This document shows, piece by piece, positions 1 to 10,326 of a DNA stretch of 64,000 nucleotides (positions are counted from its first letter, which is position 1; each line of letters starts with the position of its first letter). A program made the translations under genes and the position numbers. This stretch comes from Alphaproteobacteria bacterium (lineage in GTDB: Bacteria > Pseudomonadota > Alphaproteobacteria > UBA828). The stretch spans positions 128,001-192,000 of the forward strand of contig CAXXMU010000006.1 of assembly GCA_963667785.2 (NCBI GenBank). The letters run 5' to 3'. A model generated the notes under the pieces. That model worked only from the letters and a program-made list of their open reading frames with translations, searched no databases and was not told where the DNA came from.

Positions 1-2
1 TG

Positions 3-275
3 GCCGAGAGCTTCACGGTCATGCTGCGGGGCATGGACACGAGCACCAACCGGGTCTTCGACCTGCGCGTGCCCGGCGTCAATCAGTTCTACACCGCCAT
101 GATGGCGGGCGTCGCCAAGGCGATGGCGGGCGAGATGGGCGCCCAGGCCGCGCTCGACGAGGTCGCCGAGGAATGGACCCGCATCGCCGACCGCATCGGC
201 GTCGACGTCATCCGCGAGGCCTACAAGAACGTGGTGGCGCTCGAGGACAACGTCTCGCTGGATCAGGTGCAATAG
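3..275 (+). CDS. Carbohydrate ABC transporter substrate-binding protein, C-terminal part (5' truncated by the window edge)
   Basis: The frame is open from the window edge. The C-terminal 'QAALDEVAEEW' helix is typical of CUT1 binding proteins, and two permeases and an ATPase follow. Confidence 0.75.
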   Translation, partial: AESFTVMLRGMDTSTNRVFDLRVPGVNQFYTAMMAGVAKAMAGEMGAQAALDEVAEEWTRIADRIGVDVIREAYKNVVALEDNVSLDQVQ

Positions 276-317
276 GACCGGCGGCAATCGGGACCGACGA
301 CGGGTCCTGCATGAAGA

Positions 318-343
318 GACCGGCGGGCTGAGGCCCGCCGGTC
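318..343 (+). terminator. Stem-loop after the binding-protein gene (mRNA stabiliser or attenuator)
   Basis: Perfect 11-bp stem GACCGGCGGGC-tgag-GCCCGCCGGTC followed by GTTCTTC. Confidence 0.55.
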
Positions 344-358
344 GTTCTTCGCCCGGCC

Positions 359-1243
359 ATGCTGGATTCGCGCTACAAGCACGTCTTCCTGCTTCCGGCG
401 CTGCTCGCGCTGGTCGCGATCATCATCTTCCCGCTGATCTACACGGTGCGCCTCAGCTTCTCCGGCTGGGACGTGAACTTCCCCGAGCTCGACTACATCG
501 GCTGGGAGAACTACGCCCGCGCCATCGCCGACGGGCGCTTCTGGGATTCCATGGGCACCCTCTACCTGATGGTGCTGCTCTGCGTGGTCTTCGAGTACCT
601 GCTCGGCTTCGCGCTGGCGCTCCTGCTCTGGCACGACGTGAAGGCCGGGCGCTTCTTCCGCGTGCTCTTCATCGTGCCGATGTGCGTGACGCCCGTGGTG
701 ATGGCGGTGGTCTGGCGCACCATCTTTCACGAGACGCTCGGGCCGCTGAACGACGTGCTGAGCTGGTTCGGCATCCCGGCGGTGCCGTGGCTGAGCAAGT
801 CCGGCCCCGCCTTCGCCGCGGTCGTCATCATCGACGTCTGGCAGTGGACCTCCTTCATGTTCATCCTGCTGCTGGCGGGGCTGATGTCGCTGCCGCGCGA
901 ACCCTACGAGGCGGCGCAGATCGACGGCGCCGGGCCGATCCGCACCTTCGTGCACGTGACCTTCCCGCTAATGGCGCCGATCACCCTGGGCGCGCTGATC
1001 ATCCGCCTGATCGAATCCTCCAAGCTGATGGAGACGATCTACGCGCTGACCTCCGGCGGCCCCGGGTCCTCGACAGAGACGACGAGCTACCTGCTCTACA
1101 TCCGGGGCCTGCGCGAGTTCCAGATCGGCTACACCGCGTCGCTCTCGATCATCTATCTCGTGATCATGATCATCGCGCTGACCATCTTCGCCCGCATGAT
1201 GAGCCGCCTGATGATCGGCCGTCAGGGGCCGGTGCGCGCATGA
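359..1243 (+). CDS. Carbohydrate ABC transporter permease (MalF/UgpA-like)
   Basis: Multiple TM helices; EAA motif 'YEAAQIDGAG'. Confidence 0.92.
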   Translation: MLDSRYKHVFLLPALLALVAIIIFPLIYTVRLSFSGWDVNFPELDYIGWENYARAIADGRFWDSMGTLYLMVLLCVVFEYLLGFALALLLWHDVKAGRFFRVLFIVPMCVTPVVMAVVWRTIFHETLGPLNDVLSWFGIPAVPWLSKSGPAFAAVVIIDVWQWTSFMFILLLAGLMSLPREPYEAAQIDGAGPIRTFVHVTFPLMAPITLGALIIRLIESSKLMETIYALTSGGPGSSTETTSYLLYIRGLREFQIGYTASLSIIYLVIMIIALTIFARMMSRLMIGRQGPVRA

Positions 1244-1274
1244 GCCGGGGCATGATCCGACGGGGCGCAGCGCC

Positions 1275-2138
1275 ATGATCGGGCGCCGGGCGGATCTCTA
1301 CCGGGTGCTCAAGTACGCCGCGCTCATCGCCTGGTCGATCTTCGTGGTGGCGCCCTTCCTCTGGGCGCTGTCGACCTCGTTCAAGAGCGACCCCGGCGTG
1401 GTCGGCGGCGCGACCTACATCCCGTTCCTGGAATACGAGCCCACGGTCGAGGGCTGGACCGCGCTCTTCCGCGACACCAGCTCGGGCGGGATCAGCATGC
1501 AGGGGCCCTACCTCTCGAGCCTGGTGGTGAGCCTGATCTCGACCTCGATCGCGCTCTTCCTCGGCACGCTCGCGGCCTACGGGCTCTCGCGCTTCACCTT
1601 CCGCGCAGGCCCCTTGGGCAACAACGACATCACCTTCTTCTTCATCTCCCAGCGCATCATGCCGCCGGCGGTACTCGCCATCCCCTACTTCCTGCTGCTC
1701 CGCTTCACCGGCCTGCTCGATACCCATCTCGGGCTGATCCTGGTCTATGTGGCGATGCTGCTCCCCATCGTGGTCTGGGTCATGGTGGATTTCTTCAACA
1801 CCGTGCCCATCGAGCTGGACGAGGCGGCGCTGATCGACGGCTGCAACCCGATCCAGGCGTTCTACCGGATCATTCTGCCCAACTGCGCGCCCGGCATGGT
1901 GGTGGCGACGCTGCTCTGCATCATCTTCTCGTGGAGCGACTTCTTCTTCGCGCTGACGCTGACCTTCGCCAAGGTGCAGTTGCTGCCGCCCACCATCGTG
2001 ATCCTCAATTCCAACAAGGTCCCCTGGTGGAGCCTGAGCGCGTCCGCGCTGGTCTCGGTCCTGCCGCTGGTCATCATCGCCTTCGTGCTGGAGCGCTATC
2101 TCGCGCGCGGCACGCTCGCCGGCGTGATCCGGGAGTAG
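1275..2138 (+). CDS. Carbohydrate ABC transporter permease (MalG/UgpE-like)
   Basis: TM helices; EAA motif 'LDEAALIDGC'. Confidence 0.92.
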   Translation: MIGRRADLYRVLKYAALIAWSIFVVAPFLWALSTSFKSDPGVVGGATYIPFLEYEPTVEGWTALFRDTSSGGISMQGPYLSSLVVSLISTSIALFLGTLAAYGLSRFTFRAGPLGNNDITFFFISQRIMPPAVLAIPYFLLLRFTGLLDTHLGLILVYVAMLLPIVVWVMVDFFNTVPIELDEAALIDGCNPIQAFYRIILPNCAPGMVVATLLCIIFSWSDFFFALTLTFAKVQLLPPTIVILNSNKVPWWSLSASALVSVLPLVIIAFVLERYLARGTLAGVIRE

Positions 2139-2142
2139 GCCG

Positions 2143-3195
<1,053 letters not shown>

Positions 3196-3204
<9 letters not shown>

Positions 3205-3220
3205 ACCGAACCGAACCGAT
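3196..3220 (+). repeat. Short tandem pentamer repeat (CYGAA) x5 spanning the ATPase stop codon
   Basis: CTGAA CTGAA CCGAA CCGAA CCGAT. Confidence 0.6.
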
Positions 3221-3240
3221 TCGACCACCGGAGGAAACCC

Positions 3241-4284
3241 ATGAAGGCAGCCACGCTCCACGGCTACGACGAAGCTCTCACCGCACCCGAATTCGTGACC
3301 TACGAGGACGTGGACGACCCGGCGATCGGGCGGCCCACGGACGTGATCGTCCGCATCGGCGGCGCCGGCGTCTGTCGCACCGACCTGCACATCGTCGAGG
3401 GCGTGTGGAAGGGTTTCGTGGACCTCGCCTTCCCCCACATCATGGGGCACGAGAACGCGGGCTGGGTGGAGGAGGTCGGCAGCGGCGTCGAAAGCGTCAA
3501 GGTCGGCGATCCGGTGATCTGCCATCCGCTGGTGACCAGCGGCCACTGTCTCGCCTGCCGGCGCGGCAACGACATGCACGCGGCCGAGAGCAGCTTCCCC
3601 GGCATCAACGCGAACGGCGGCTACGCCGACTACCTGCTGACCGGCGAGCGCACGCTGATCAAGCTGCCCGAGAGCCTCGCGCCCAAGGACGTGGCGCCCT
3701 ACACGGACGCGGGCCTCACCGCCTACCGCGTCGCCAAGAAGGCGGCTTCCCACCTGGTGCCGGGCGAGTACGCCGTGATCATCGGCGCCGGCGGCCTCGG
3801 CCATATCGGCATCCAGTCGCTGGCGGCGCTGTCGGCGGCCGAGATCGTCGTGGTGGACGGCTCCGACCTCGCGCTCGGCCTCGCGAAGGAGTGCGGCGCC
3901 CACCACGTCGTCAAGGCGGGGGACGGCGCGGTCGACGAGGTGATGTCGCTGACGGGCGGAAACGGCGCCGAGGCGGTGATCGACTTCGTCGGCGAGGGCG
4001 ACGCCATCGACAAGGGCCTCGCGATGACGCGCAACGGCGGCTTCTATTACATCGTCGGCTATGGCGGGCGCATCCAGATCCCGGCGATCGACATGATCGT
4101 CTCCGAGAAGACCATCGTCGGCAATCTGGTGGGCACCTATGCCGAGCTGGTCGAGCTCATGGCGCTGGCCGATCGCGGGCTGGTGACGCTCGCCACCCGC
4201 GAGTACGCGCTCGCCGACGCCAACCGGGCGCTCCACGACCTGCACGCGGGCACGGTCAAGGGCCGCGCGGTGCTGATCCCCTGA
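3241..4284 (+). CDS. Zinc-dependent NAD(P) alcohol dehydrogenase (MDR family)
   Basis: GVCRTDLH and GHENAG catalytic Zn motifs; Rossmann GAGGLG; GGAGG RBS. Confidence 0.93.
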   Translation: MKAATLHGYDEALTAPEFVTYEDVDDPAIGRPTDVIVRIGGAGVCRTDLHIVEGVWKGFVDLAFPHIMGHENAGWVEEVGSGVESVKVGDPVICHPLVTSGHCLACRRGNDMHAAESSFPGINANGGYADYLLTGERTLIKLPESLAPKDVAPYTDAGLTAYRVAKKAASHLVPGEYAVIIGAGGLGHIGIQSLAALSAAEIVVVDGSDLALGLAKECGAHHVVKAGDGAVDEVMSLTGGNGAEAVIDFVGEGDAIDKGLAMTRNGGFYYIVGYGGRIQIPAIDMIVSEKTIVGNLVGTYAELVELMALADRGLVTLATREYALADANRALHDLHAGTVKGRAVLIP

Positions 4285-4312
4285 CGGGGCGGCGGCCGGG
4301 CGCGACGCGCGC

Positions 4313-5938
4313 ATGGGAGAGACCCTCGCCCAGGGCCTCGCGGCCGCCTGCCGGGCGCGGGGCGTGCGCCGTGCCTTCGGCGTGCCAGGCGGGGCCAGCA
4401 GCCTCGACGTCATCGACGCGCTTGCCGGCGAGGGCATCGACTTCGTGCTCACCCACGGCGAGACCTCGGCTGCGCTGATGGCGGCGGTCACCGCCGAGCT
4501 CGGCGGCGCGCCCGGCGTCGTGATCACCGGCGTGGGCCCCGGCGCCGCCAGCGCCGTCAACGGCATCGCCTACGCCGCGCTGGAGCGCGCGCCGGTGCTG
4601 CTGGTCAGCGATGCCCTGGCAGCGCCGGCCCCGGGCCACCACGCGCTGCACCAGCGCTTCGATCAGCGCGCCCTCTTCGCGCCGCTGGTCAAGGCCTACG
4701 CGAATCCGGCGCCCGGCGACGGGCTGGCGGGAGTCGAAGCCCTGCTCGACGCGGCGAGCGCCCGTCCGGCGGGCCCGGTGCAACTCGACCTCACGAGCGC
4801 CGCGGCCACCGCCCCCGCCCCGCTCGCTCGCGGCCGGTCGAAACGCGCAAAGACGGTCGACGCGGCGTTCGACCTCGTGGCCCTGGCGGAGGCGCGGGCG
4901 CTGCTCGCAGGCGCGGCGCGGCCGCTCATCGTCGCCGGCCTGGAGGCCCGTGCCGGCGCGGCGAGCGCGGCGCTCAGGTCCCTCGCGCAGGCGCTCGGCT
5001 GCCCGGTGATGACCACCTACAAGGCCAAGGGCGCGATCGCCGACGCCGATCCGCTCGCCGTCGGCTGCTTCACCGGGGCATCGTCCGATTCGCGCTGCCT
5101 CGAGAAGGCCGACCTGCTGATCCTCTTCGGCCTCGACCCCATCGAGCTGCTGCCGGGGCCGTGGCGCTTCGAGGGACCGATCCTCGCGCTCGCGGCCCCC
5201 CTCGCGCCCCATGACGGCCACGCCTATCCGACAACCCCGGCGGCGGTGCTGACGGGCGACCTCGACCGCGCCGCGGCGGCGCTCGTCGAGGAGGCGGAGC
5301 CGGCCGGCTGGTCGGAACTGGAGATCGCCGCGCTCCGCAGCCGGCTACGCGCCGGCCTCGCCATGACCGGCGGGAGCGGCCGCACGGCCGAGGACGTGGT
5401 GACCGCCGTGCGTAGCGCGGCGCCGGCAGGGGCGCGGATCACGGTCGATTCCGGCGCGCACATGTTCGCGGCGATGGGCCTCTGGCAGGCCGACGAGCCC
5501 AATGACGTGCTCAAGTCGAACGGCCTCTCCACCATGGGCTTCGCCCTGCCGGCGGCGATCGCCGCGGCGCTGGAGGAGCCGGAGCGCCCGGTAATCACCA
5601 TGACCGGCGACGGCGGCCTGCACATGTGCCTCGCCGAACTCGCGACGGCGGCCCGCCTCGGCTGCCGCATCGTGGTGGTGGTCTTCAACGATTCCAGGCT
5701 GTCGCTCATCGACATCAAGCAGCAGCGGCAGCAGCGCGAGAGCCGAGGCGTGCGCTTCGAGGCGATGGACCATGCCGCGGTCGCACGCGGCCTGGGCTGC
5801 CGGGGGTGGCGCGTGGACGCGAGCGCGCCGCTGGCGCCGGCGCTCGCGCACGCCTTCGCGGGCGAGGGGCCGGCGCTGGTCGACGCGACCGTCGATCCCG
5901 ACGCCTACACCGCCCAGTACGAGGCGCTGCGCGGCTGA
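4313..5938 (+). CDS. Thiamine-pyrophosphate-dependent enzyme (acetolactate synthase-like superfamily)
   Basis: FGVPGG, GPG, STMGFALPAA and the GDGG...VVFND ThDP/Mg motif. Confidence 0.9.
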   Translation: MGETLAQGLAAACRARGVRRAFGVPGGASSLDVIDALAGEGIDFVLTHGETSAALMAAVTAELGGAPGVVITGVGPGAASAVNGIAYAALERAPVLLVSDALAAPAPGHHALHQRFDQRALFAPLVKAYANPAPGDGLAGVEALLDAASARPAGPVQLDLTSAAATAPAPLARGRSKRAKTVDAAFDLVALAEARALLAGAARPLIVAGLEARAGAASAALRSLAQALGCPVMTTYKAKGAIADADPLAVGCFTGASSDSRCLEKADLLILFGLDPIELLPGPWRFEGPILALAAPLAPHDGHAYPTTPAAVLTGDLDRAAAALVEEAEPAGWSELEIAALRSRLRAGLAMTGGSGRTAEDVVTAVRSAAPAGARITVDSGAHMFAAMGLWQADEPNDVLKSNGLSTMGFALPAAIAAALEEPERPVITMTGDGGLHMCLAELATAARLGCRIVVVVFNDSRLSLIDIKQQRQQRESRGVRFEAMDHAAVARGLGCRGWRVDASAPLAPALAHAFAGEGPALVDATVDPDAYTAQYEALRG

Positions 5939-5958
5939 GCCGACGGGAGGAACGCCCC

Positions 5959-6387
5959 ATGCCGGAGGAAGCCATGTCGGACGAAGACGCGGTGCTCGCC
6001 GCCAACCAGGCGTTCTACAGCGCCTTCGCCGCCCGCGACATCGCGGCGATGGATGCGCTCTGGGCGGCCGAGACGCCTGTGGCCTGCATCCACCCGGGCT
6101 GGGACGTGCTGGTCGGCCGCGAGGCGGTGATGGAGAGCTGGGCCGCGATCCTCGGCGGCCCGGCGGCGCCGCGGATCCGCTGCGAGGCGCCGCGCGCGTT
6201 CCTGCTCGGCCCCAGCGCCTTCGTGATCTGTCGCGAAATGCTGGAGCAGCAGGGCTGGCTGATCGCCACCAACGTCTTCGCGCGCGAGGCGGACGGCTGG
6301 CGCATGGTCCACCACCAGGCGGGTCCCACCGCCCAGCCCCAGCCCGCGCCACCCACGAGCGACCGCCCGCCGGGGCCGCTGCACTGA
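5959..6387 (+). CDS. NTF2/SnoaL-like domain protein
   Basis: 'ANQAFYSAF', 'CIHPGW', 'ATNVF', 'WRMVHHQA'. Alternative start at 5974. Confidence 0.85.
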   Translation: MPEEAMSDEDAVLAANQAFYSAFAARDIAAMDALWAAETPVACIHPGWDVLVGREAVMESWAAILGGPAAPRIRCEAPRAFLLGPSAFVICREMLEQQGWLIATNVFAREADGWRMVHHQAGPTAQPQPAPPTSDRPPGPLH

Positions 6388-6435
6388 GGGAAACGCGGCG
6401 TTCTGGCGGGCGCCGCTCTGGTGTATCGTGGCGCC

Positions 6436-7764
6436 ATGACGCGGAACATGGCGAGCCCGAGCTTTCCCGCCATCGCGCTGCCGCAGTTCGAGAACGAGCC
6501 GCTGCCGCCGGTGATGCCGGTGGCGCTCGAACACCCGGCGACGCCGGCCCTCGACGACGTGGCCGCCGCCACCTGCGCCGCTCTCGACGCCTCGCGACGG
6601 CTCACGGCGCTCGCGGCGGGTTCCCGCGTGGCGATCACCTGCGGCAGCCGGGGCATCAAGAGCAAGCCGGCGGTGGTGAAGGCGGCGGTCGCCTGGCTCA
6701 AGGCGCGCGGGCTCGTGCCCTTCATCGTGCCCGCGATGGGCAGTCACGCCGGCGCCGTCGCCGCCGGTCAGGTGACGCTGCTGGCCGAGCTCGGCTACAC
6801 GGAAGAGGCCATGGGCTGCCCCATCGAGGCCAGCATGGAGGTGGTGCGGCTCGGCATGACGGGCGCGGGCGTGCCGGTCCATTTCGACCGCCGCGCCTTC
6901 GAGGCCGACGCCGTGCTGGTGGTGGGCCGGGTCAAGTCGCACACCTCCTTCGACCGCGAGGTGGAGAGCGGGCTCACCAAGATGGTCGCCATCGGCCTCG
7001 GCAAGGCGGAAGGTGCCCGCTTCGTGCATCGCCTCGGCGTGCGCGGCTACATGGAGGTGCTGCCCGAGTGGGCGGGCATCGCCATCCGCGAGGCCCCGGT
7101 CGCCTACGGCATCGCCATCGTGGAGAACGCGGAGCGGGAGGCGGCGGTGATCGAGGGCGCCGAGCCCGAGGCGTTCTACGAGACCGACGCCCGCCTGCTG
7201 AAGACGGCCAAGGGCTGCGTCCCCAAGCTCCCCTTCGAGCAGATCGACGTGCTGGCGGTGGAGCGCCTCGGCAAGAACATCTCCGGCACCGGCATGGATC
7301 CGGCCGTCATCGCGCGCTACGACATCCGCGGGCGCCCCAACCCGCCGGCGCCGGTGATCAGCAAGCTAGTGGTGCTGGGGCTGACGCCGGAGACCCACGG
7401 CAACGGCCTCGGCGTCGGCTCCGCCGACTACACGACCAAGGAGGTCGCCGACGGCCTCGACCTCTACGCCATGTACATGAACGCCTGCACCGCGACCTTC
7501 ACCGAGCGGGTGCGCATCCCCGCCGTGCTGGCCTCCGACAAGGCGGCGCTGCAGGCCGCCGTCGGCACGAGCTGGCGGCTGGACGGCGCGGACGCGCGGC
7601 TCTGCCTGATCCGCTCGACCCTGCATCTCGACACCATCCTGGTCTCGCCGCCGCTCGCCGCCGAGTTCGACAACGGTCTCCGGGGCGCCGGCCGGGTGCT
7701 GGGGGAGGCCGAGGCGCTCCGCTTCGACGGAGACGGCCGGCTGCTCACCCGCTGCCCGGCCTGA
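6436..7764 (+). CDS. LarA (lactate racemase)-domain protein
   Basis: 'VAITCGSRGI', 'VPAMGSH', 'RVKSHTSF', 'ESGLTKM', 'GKNISGTGMD' match the LarA-like/DUF362 family. Confidence 0.75.
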   Translation: MTRNMASPSFPAIALPQFENEPLPPVMPVALEHPATPALDDVAAATCAALDASRRLTALAAGSRVAITCGSRGIKSKPAVVKAAVAWLKARGLVPFIVPAMGSHAGAVAAGQVTLLAELGYTEEAMGCPIEASMEVVRLGMTGAGVPVHFDRRAFEADAVLVVGRVKSHTSFDREVESGLTKMVAIGLGKAEGARFVHRLGVRGYMEVLPEWAGIAIREAPVAYGIAIVENAEREAAVIEGAEPEAFYETDARLLKTAKGCVPKLPFEQIDVLAVERLGKNISGTGMDPAVIARYDIRGRPNPPAPVISKLVVLGLTPETHGNGLGVGSADYTTKEVADGLDLYAMYMNACTATFTERVRIPAVLASDKAALQAAVGTSWRLDGADARLCLIRSTLHLDTILVSPPLAAEFDNGLRGAGRVLGEAEALRFDGDGRLLTRCPA

Positions 7765-7841
7765 GCGCGCCGGCGCCGGCGGACGCGAGCGCGCGCGGCC
7801 GCTATACTCGCGGGATCGGACGAGAAGGGAGACGTCGGCTC

Positions 7842-9110
7842 ATGCAGAAACGGGGGATCGCGCTCGACGAGACCACCCTCGAGGCGATCAGGAAGACTCG
7901 CCGGGAGCTCGGCTCCGCCCGGCATCTGCCGGGCTTCCTCTACACCGCGCCGGAGATCTTCGCCTACGAGGTGGAGACCATCTTCATGAAGGAGTGGCTC
8001 TGCGTCGGCCGGGTGGAGGAGTTCGAGAACGAGGGCGACTACCGCGCCCTGCGGATCGCCGGCGAGCCCCTGCTCGTCTGCCGCGACGGCGCGGGCGGGC
8101 TCAACGCCTTCAGCAACGTCTGCCAGCATCGCGGCGTCGAGGTCGCGACCGGCGAAGGCAATCTCAAGAGCTTCCGCTGCCCCTACCACTCCTGGGTCTA
8201 CGACCTGGAGGGCAAGCTGCTCGGCGCGCCGCACACCAAGGAGGTGGAGGGCTTCGACTTCTCCTCCTGCGCGCTGCCGCGGGTCAATCTCGACACCTGG
8301 GGCGGCTACATCTTCGTCAACTTCGACCCCGACTGCCCGAGCCTCGAGGACTATCTAGACGAGGACGGGATCAGGGAGTTCGCCGCCTTCCTGCAGCCGG
8401 AAAACACGCGGACCTCGGACACGTACGTCTTCGACGTGCCGTGCAACTGGAAGTTCATCCCCGAGAACCTCATGGACATGTACCACGTCGGCGTGATCCA
8501 CAAGGAATCCTTCGGCGGGCACTTCCCGGTCAACGACTTCCGCTTTAACCTGAAGAAGAACGGCTACAACGCCGCCTACGAGAGCTTCACCATGGCGCCG
8601 AAGGGGGTCACCCTCTTCGACACCATGCCCTGGCTCAAGGGCAAGGTGACGGACAAGTTCGCCTGCACCACCTGGATCCGGCCGACCATGAACATCTTCG
8701 GCCGCCACGACCTGATCCAGCCCTGGGTGGCGCTGCCCATCGACCACGCCACCACCCGGATCACCATCTACACGCAACTGCCCAATTCCTACTTCGACGC
8801 GCCCGCCTTCGAGGAGAAGAACAAGATCTACGCCGACTTCATCCGGCTGGTCGCGAACGAGGACCGGGCGATGCTGGAATCGCTGCAGAACGGGGTCGGC
8901 TCGCGCGCCTTCCGGCCGGGGCCGACGGTCAAGCTGGAGCGGGCGATCCATCACCTCCTCAACTACTATCTCGACCAGCTCTTGAGCGACGACGACGAGG
9001 CGCGCGCCAGGCGCCGCCGGGACGGCGAGGAGGCGCTGCTCGAAAGCGCCTCGCGCAGCAGCGAGCCGCGCGACGGCGGCTACTCGGCGATGGTGAGCGC
9101 GGCCGAATAG
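7842..9110 (+). CDS. Rieske non-haem iron oxygenase alpha subunit
   Basis: Rieske CQH...CPYH; mononuclear Fe site 'ENLMDMYHVGVIH' and C-terminal 'ED'; RBS AAGGGAG. The 1112-aa ORF in the track is an over-extension. Confidence 0.93.
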   Translation: MQKRGIALDETTLEAIRKTRRELGSARHLPGFLYTAPEIFAYEVETIFMKEWLCVGRVEEFENEGDYRALRIAGEPLLVCRDGAGGLNAFSNVCQHRGVEVATGEGNLKSFRCPYHSWVYDLEGKLLGAPHTKEVEGFDFSSCALPRVNLDTWGGYIFVNFDPDCPSLEDYLDEDGIREFAAFLQPENTRTSDTYVFDVPCNWKFIPENLMDMYHVGVIHKESFGGHFPVNDFRFNLKKNGYNAAYESFTMAPKGVTLFDTMPWLKGKVTDKFACTTWIRPTMNIFGRHDLIQPWVALPIDHATTRITIYTQLPNSYFDAPAFEEKNKIYADFIRLVANEDRAMLESLQNGVGSRAFRPGPTVKLERAIHHLLNYYLDQLLSDDDEARARRRRDGEEALLESASRSSEPRDGGYSAMVSAAE

Positions 9111-9121
9111 GAGCCTGAACC

Positions 9122-10162
9122 ATGGGCACAGGACAGGATCAGTCACGACTGACGGATTTGTTCAGACGAAACCTCGAGCTCTGCGAGGTGGGGCCGGGCC
9201 AGACGGTCGCCATCCTCTCGGAAGGCGACCAGCTCCGCGACTACGCGGAGGCCTCGCTGGCGGCGGCCCGCGACCTCGGCGCGGACGTGGCCGACGTCCA
9301 CATCCCGTCGGACGGCGCGGAGGACGCGGCGACCAGGATCGCCAACATCGGGCAGAACGCGCTCGGCACCCATCCGCAGGCCATGCAGACCTGCAAGGAC
9401 GCGGACATGGTCGTCGACCACATGCTCCTGCTCTTCTCGCACGAGCAGATCGCCATGCAGGAGGCCGGCACCCGCATCCTGCTCATCGTCGAGCCGGTGG
9501 AGATCCTGGAGCGGCTCTTCCCCTCGGCCGAGATGCGCGCCCGGGTCGAGGCCGGCGAGCGGCGGCTTGTCGCGGCCGAGCGGCTCCGCTTCACCAACGC
9601 GGCCGGCACCGACGTCACCTACGCGCTGGGCGACAAGCCGATCCTGACGGAATACGGCTACACCACGGAGCCCGGCCGCTGGGACCACTGGCCGGGCGGC
9701 TTCCTGGCCACGCTCGCGGACGAGGGCGGCGTGAACGGCCGTGTGGTGATGGAGGCGGACGACATCGTCTTCCCGCTGCGCGAGTTCACCGGCGAGCGCA
9801 TCGCCTTCGAGATCGAGGGCGGCAGGGTGACGGAGATCGGCGGCGGCGGCCGCGCCCGGCACCTGCGCGACTTCATCGAAACTTATGGCGATCCGCGCGC
9901 CTATGCGGTTTCGCATATAGGCTGGGGGCTGAACCATCAGTGCATCTGGCGGCCCGACCTGCCGGGGATCGGCATGGACGGCCGCGCGCACTACGGCAAC
10001 GTCCTGTTCTCGCTCGGGCCCGACACCGAGTTCGGCGGCGAGAACGACACCCCCTGCCACCTCGACCTGCCGATGCAGGGCTGCTCGCTCTGGCTCGACG
10101 ACGAGCTCATCGTGGAGGACGGCGCGGTGGTGCCCGACGACATGCGGGCGCCGGCCCACTGA
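9122..10162 (+). CDS. 2,5-dihydroxypyridine 5,6-dioxygenase (NicX)-like protein (M29 aminopeptidase fold)
   Basis: 'EYGYTTEPGRWDHWPGG', 'SHIGWGLN', 'FSLGPDTE', 'CHLDLPM' (His/His/Asp Fe ligands) as in the NicX family. Confidence 0.75.
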   Translation: MGTGQDQSRLTDLFRRNLELCEVGPGQTVAILSEGDQLRDYAEASLAAARDLGADVADVHIPSDGAEDAATRIANIGQNALGTHPQAMQTCKDADMVVDHMLLLFSHEQIAMQEAGTRILLIVEPVEILERLFPSAEMRARVEAGERRLVAAERLRFTNAAGTDVTYALGDKPILTEYGYTTEPGRWDHWPGGFLATLADEGGVNGRVVMEADDIVFPLREFTGERIAFEIEGGRVTEIGGGGRARHLRDFIETYGDPRAYAVSHIGWGLNHQCIWRPDLPGIGMDGRAHYGNVLFSLGPDTEFGGENDTPCHLDLPMQGCSLWLDDELIVEDGAVVPDDMRAPAH

Positions 10163-10183
10163 ACCCGCCCGCACTCGATATCG

Positions 10184-10248
10184 GCCACGATTGCCACGAT
10201 TGCCAATTTGCGATGGCGCGTACCGAACCGTAATATGCGCATCGCAAG
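10184..10248 (+). promoter_or_regulatory. Sigma70-like promoter TTGCGA-N17-TAATAT with upstream 9-bp direct repeats and an overlapping inverted repeat
   Basis: -35 at 10208-10213 and -10 at 10231-10236. GCCACGATT x2 plus GCCAATTTG at 10184-10210. TTGCGATG...CATCGCAA inverted repeat. Confidence 0.6.
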
Positions 10249-10326
10249 GAGACGTGGTGGTGTGGGCGCCGGCGAGTAACCGGCGCCCGCGCCGGTACGG
10301 GTCCATGACCAGAGGGAGAGACGACC

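Noticed and set aside
5772-9110. 1112-aa ORF suggesting a giant Rieske fusion
   Set aside because: The N-terminal ~690 aa is Arg/Gly/Ala-rich off-frame translation over the NTF2 and LarA genes. The real start is 7842, with an RBS.
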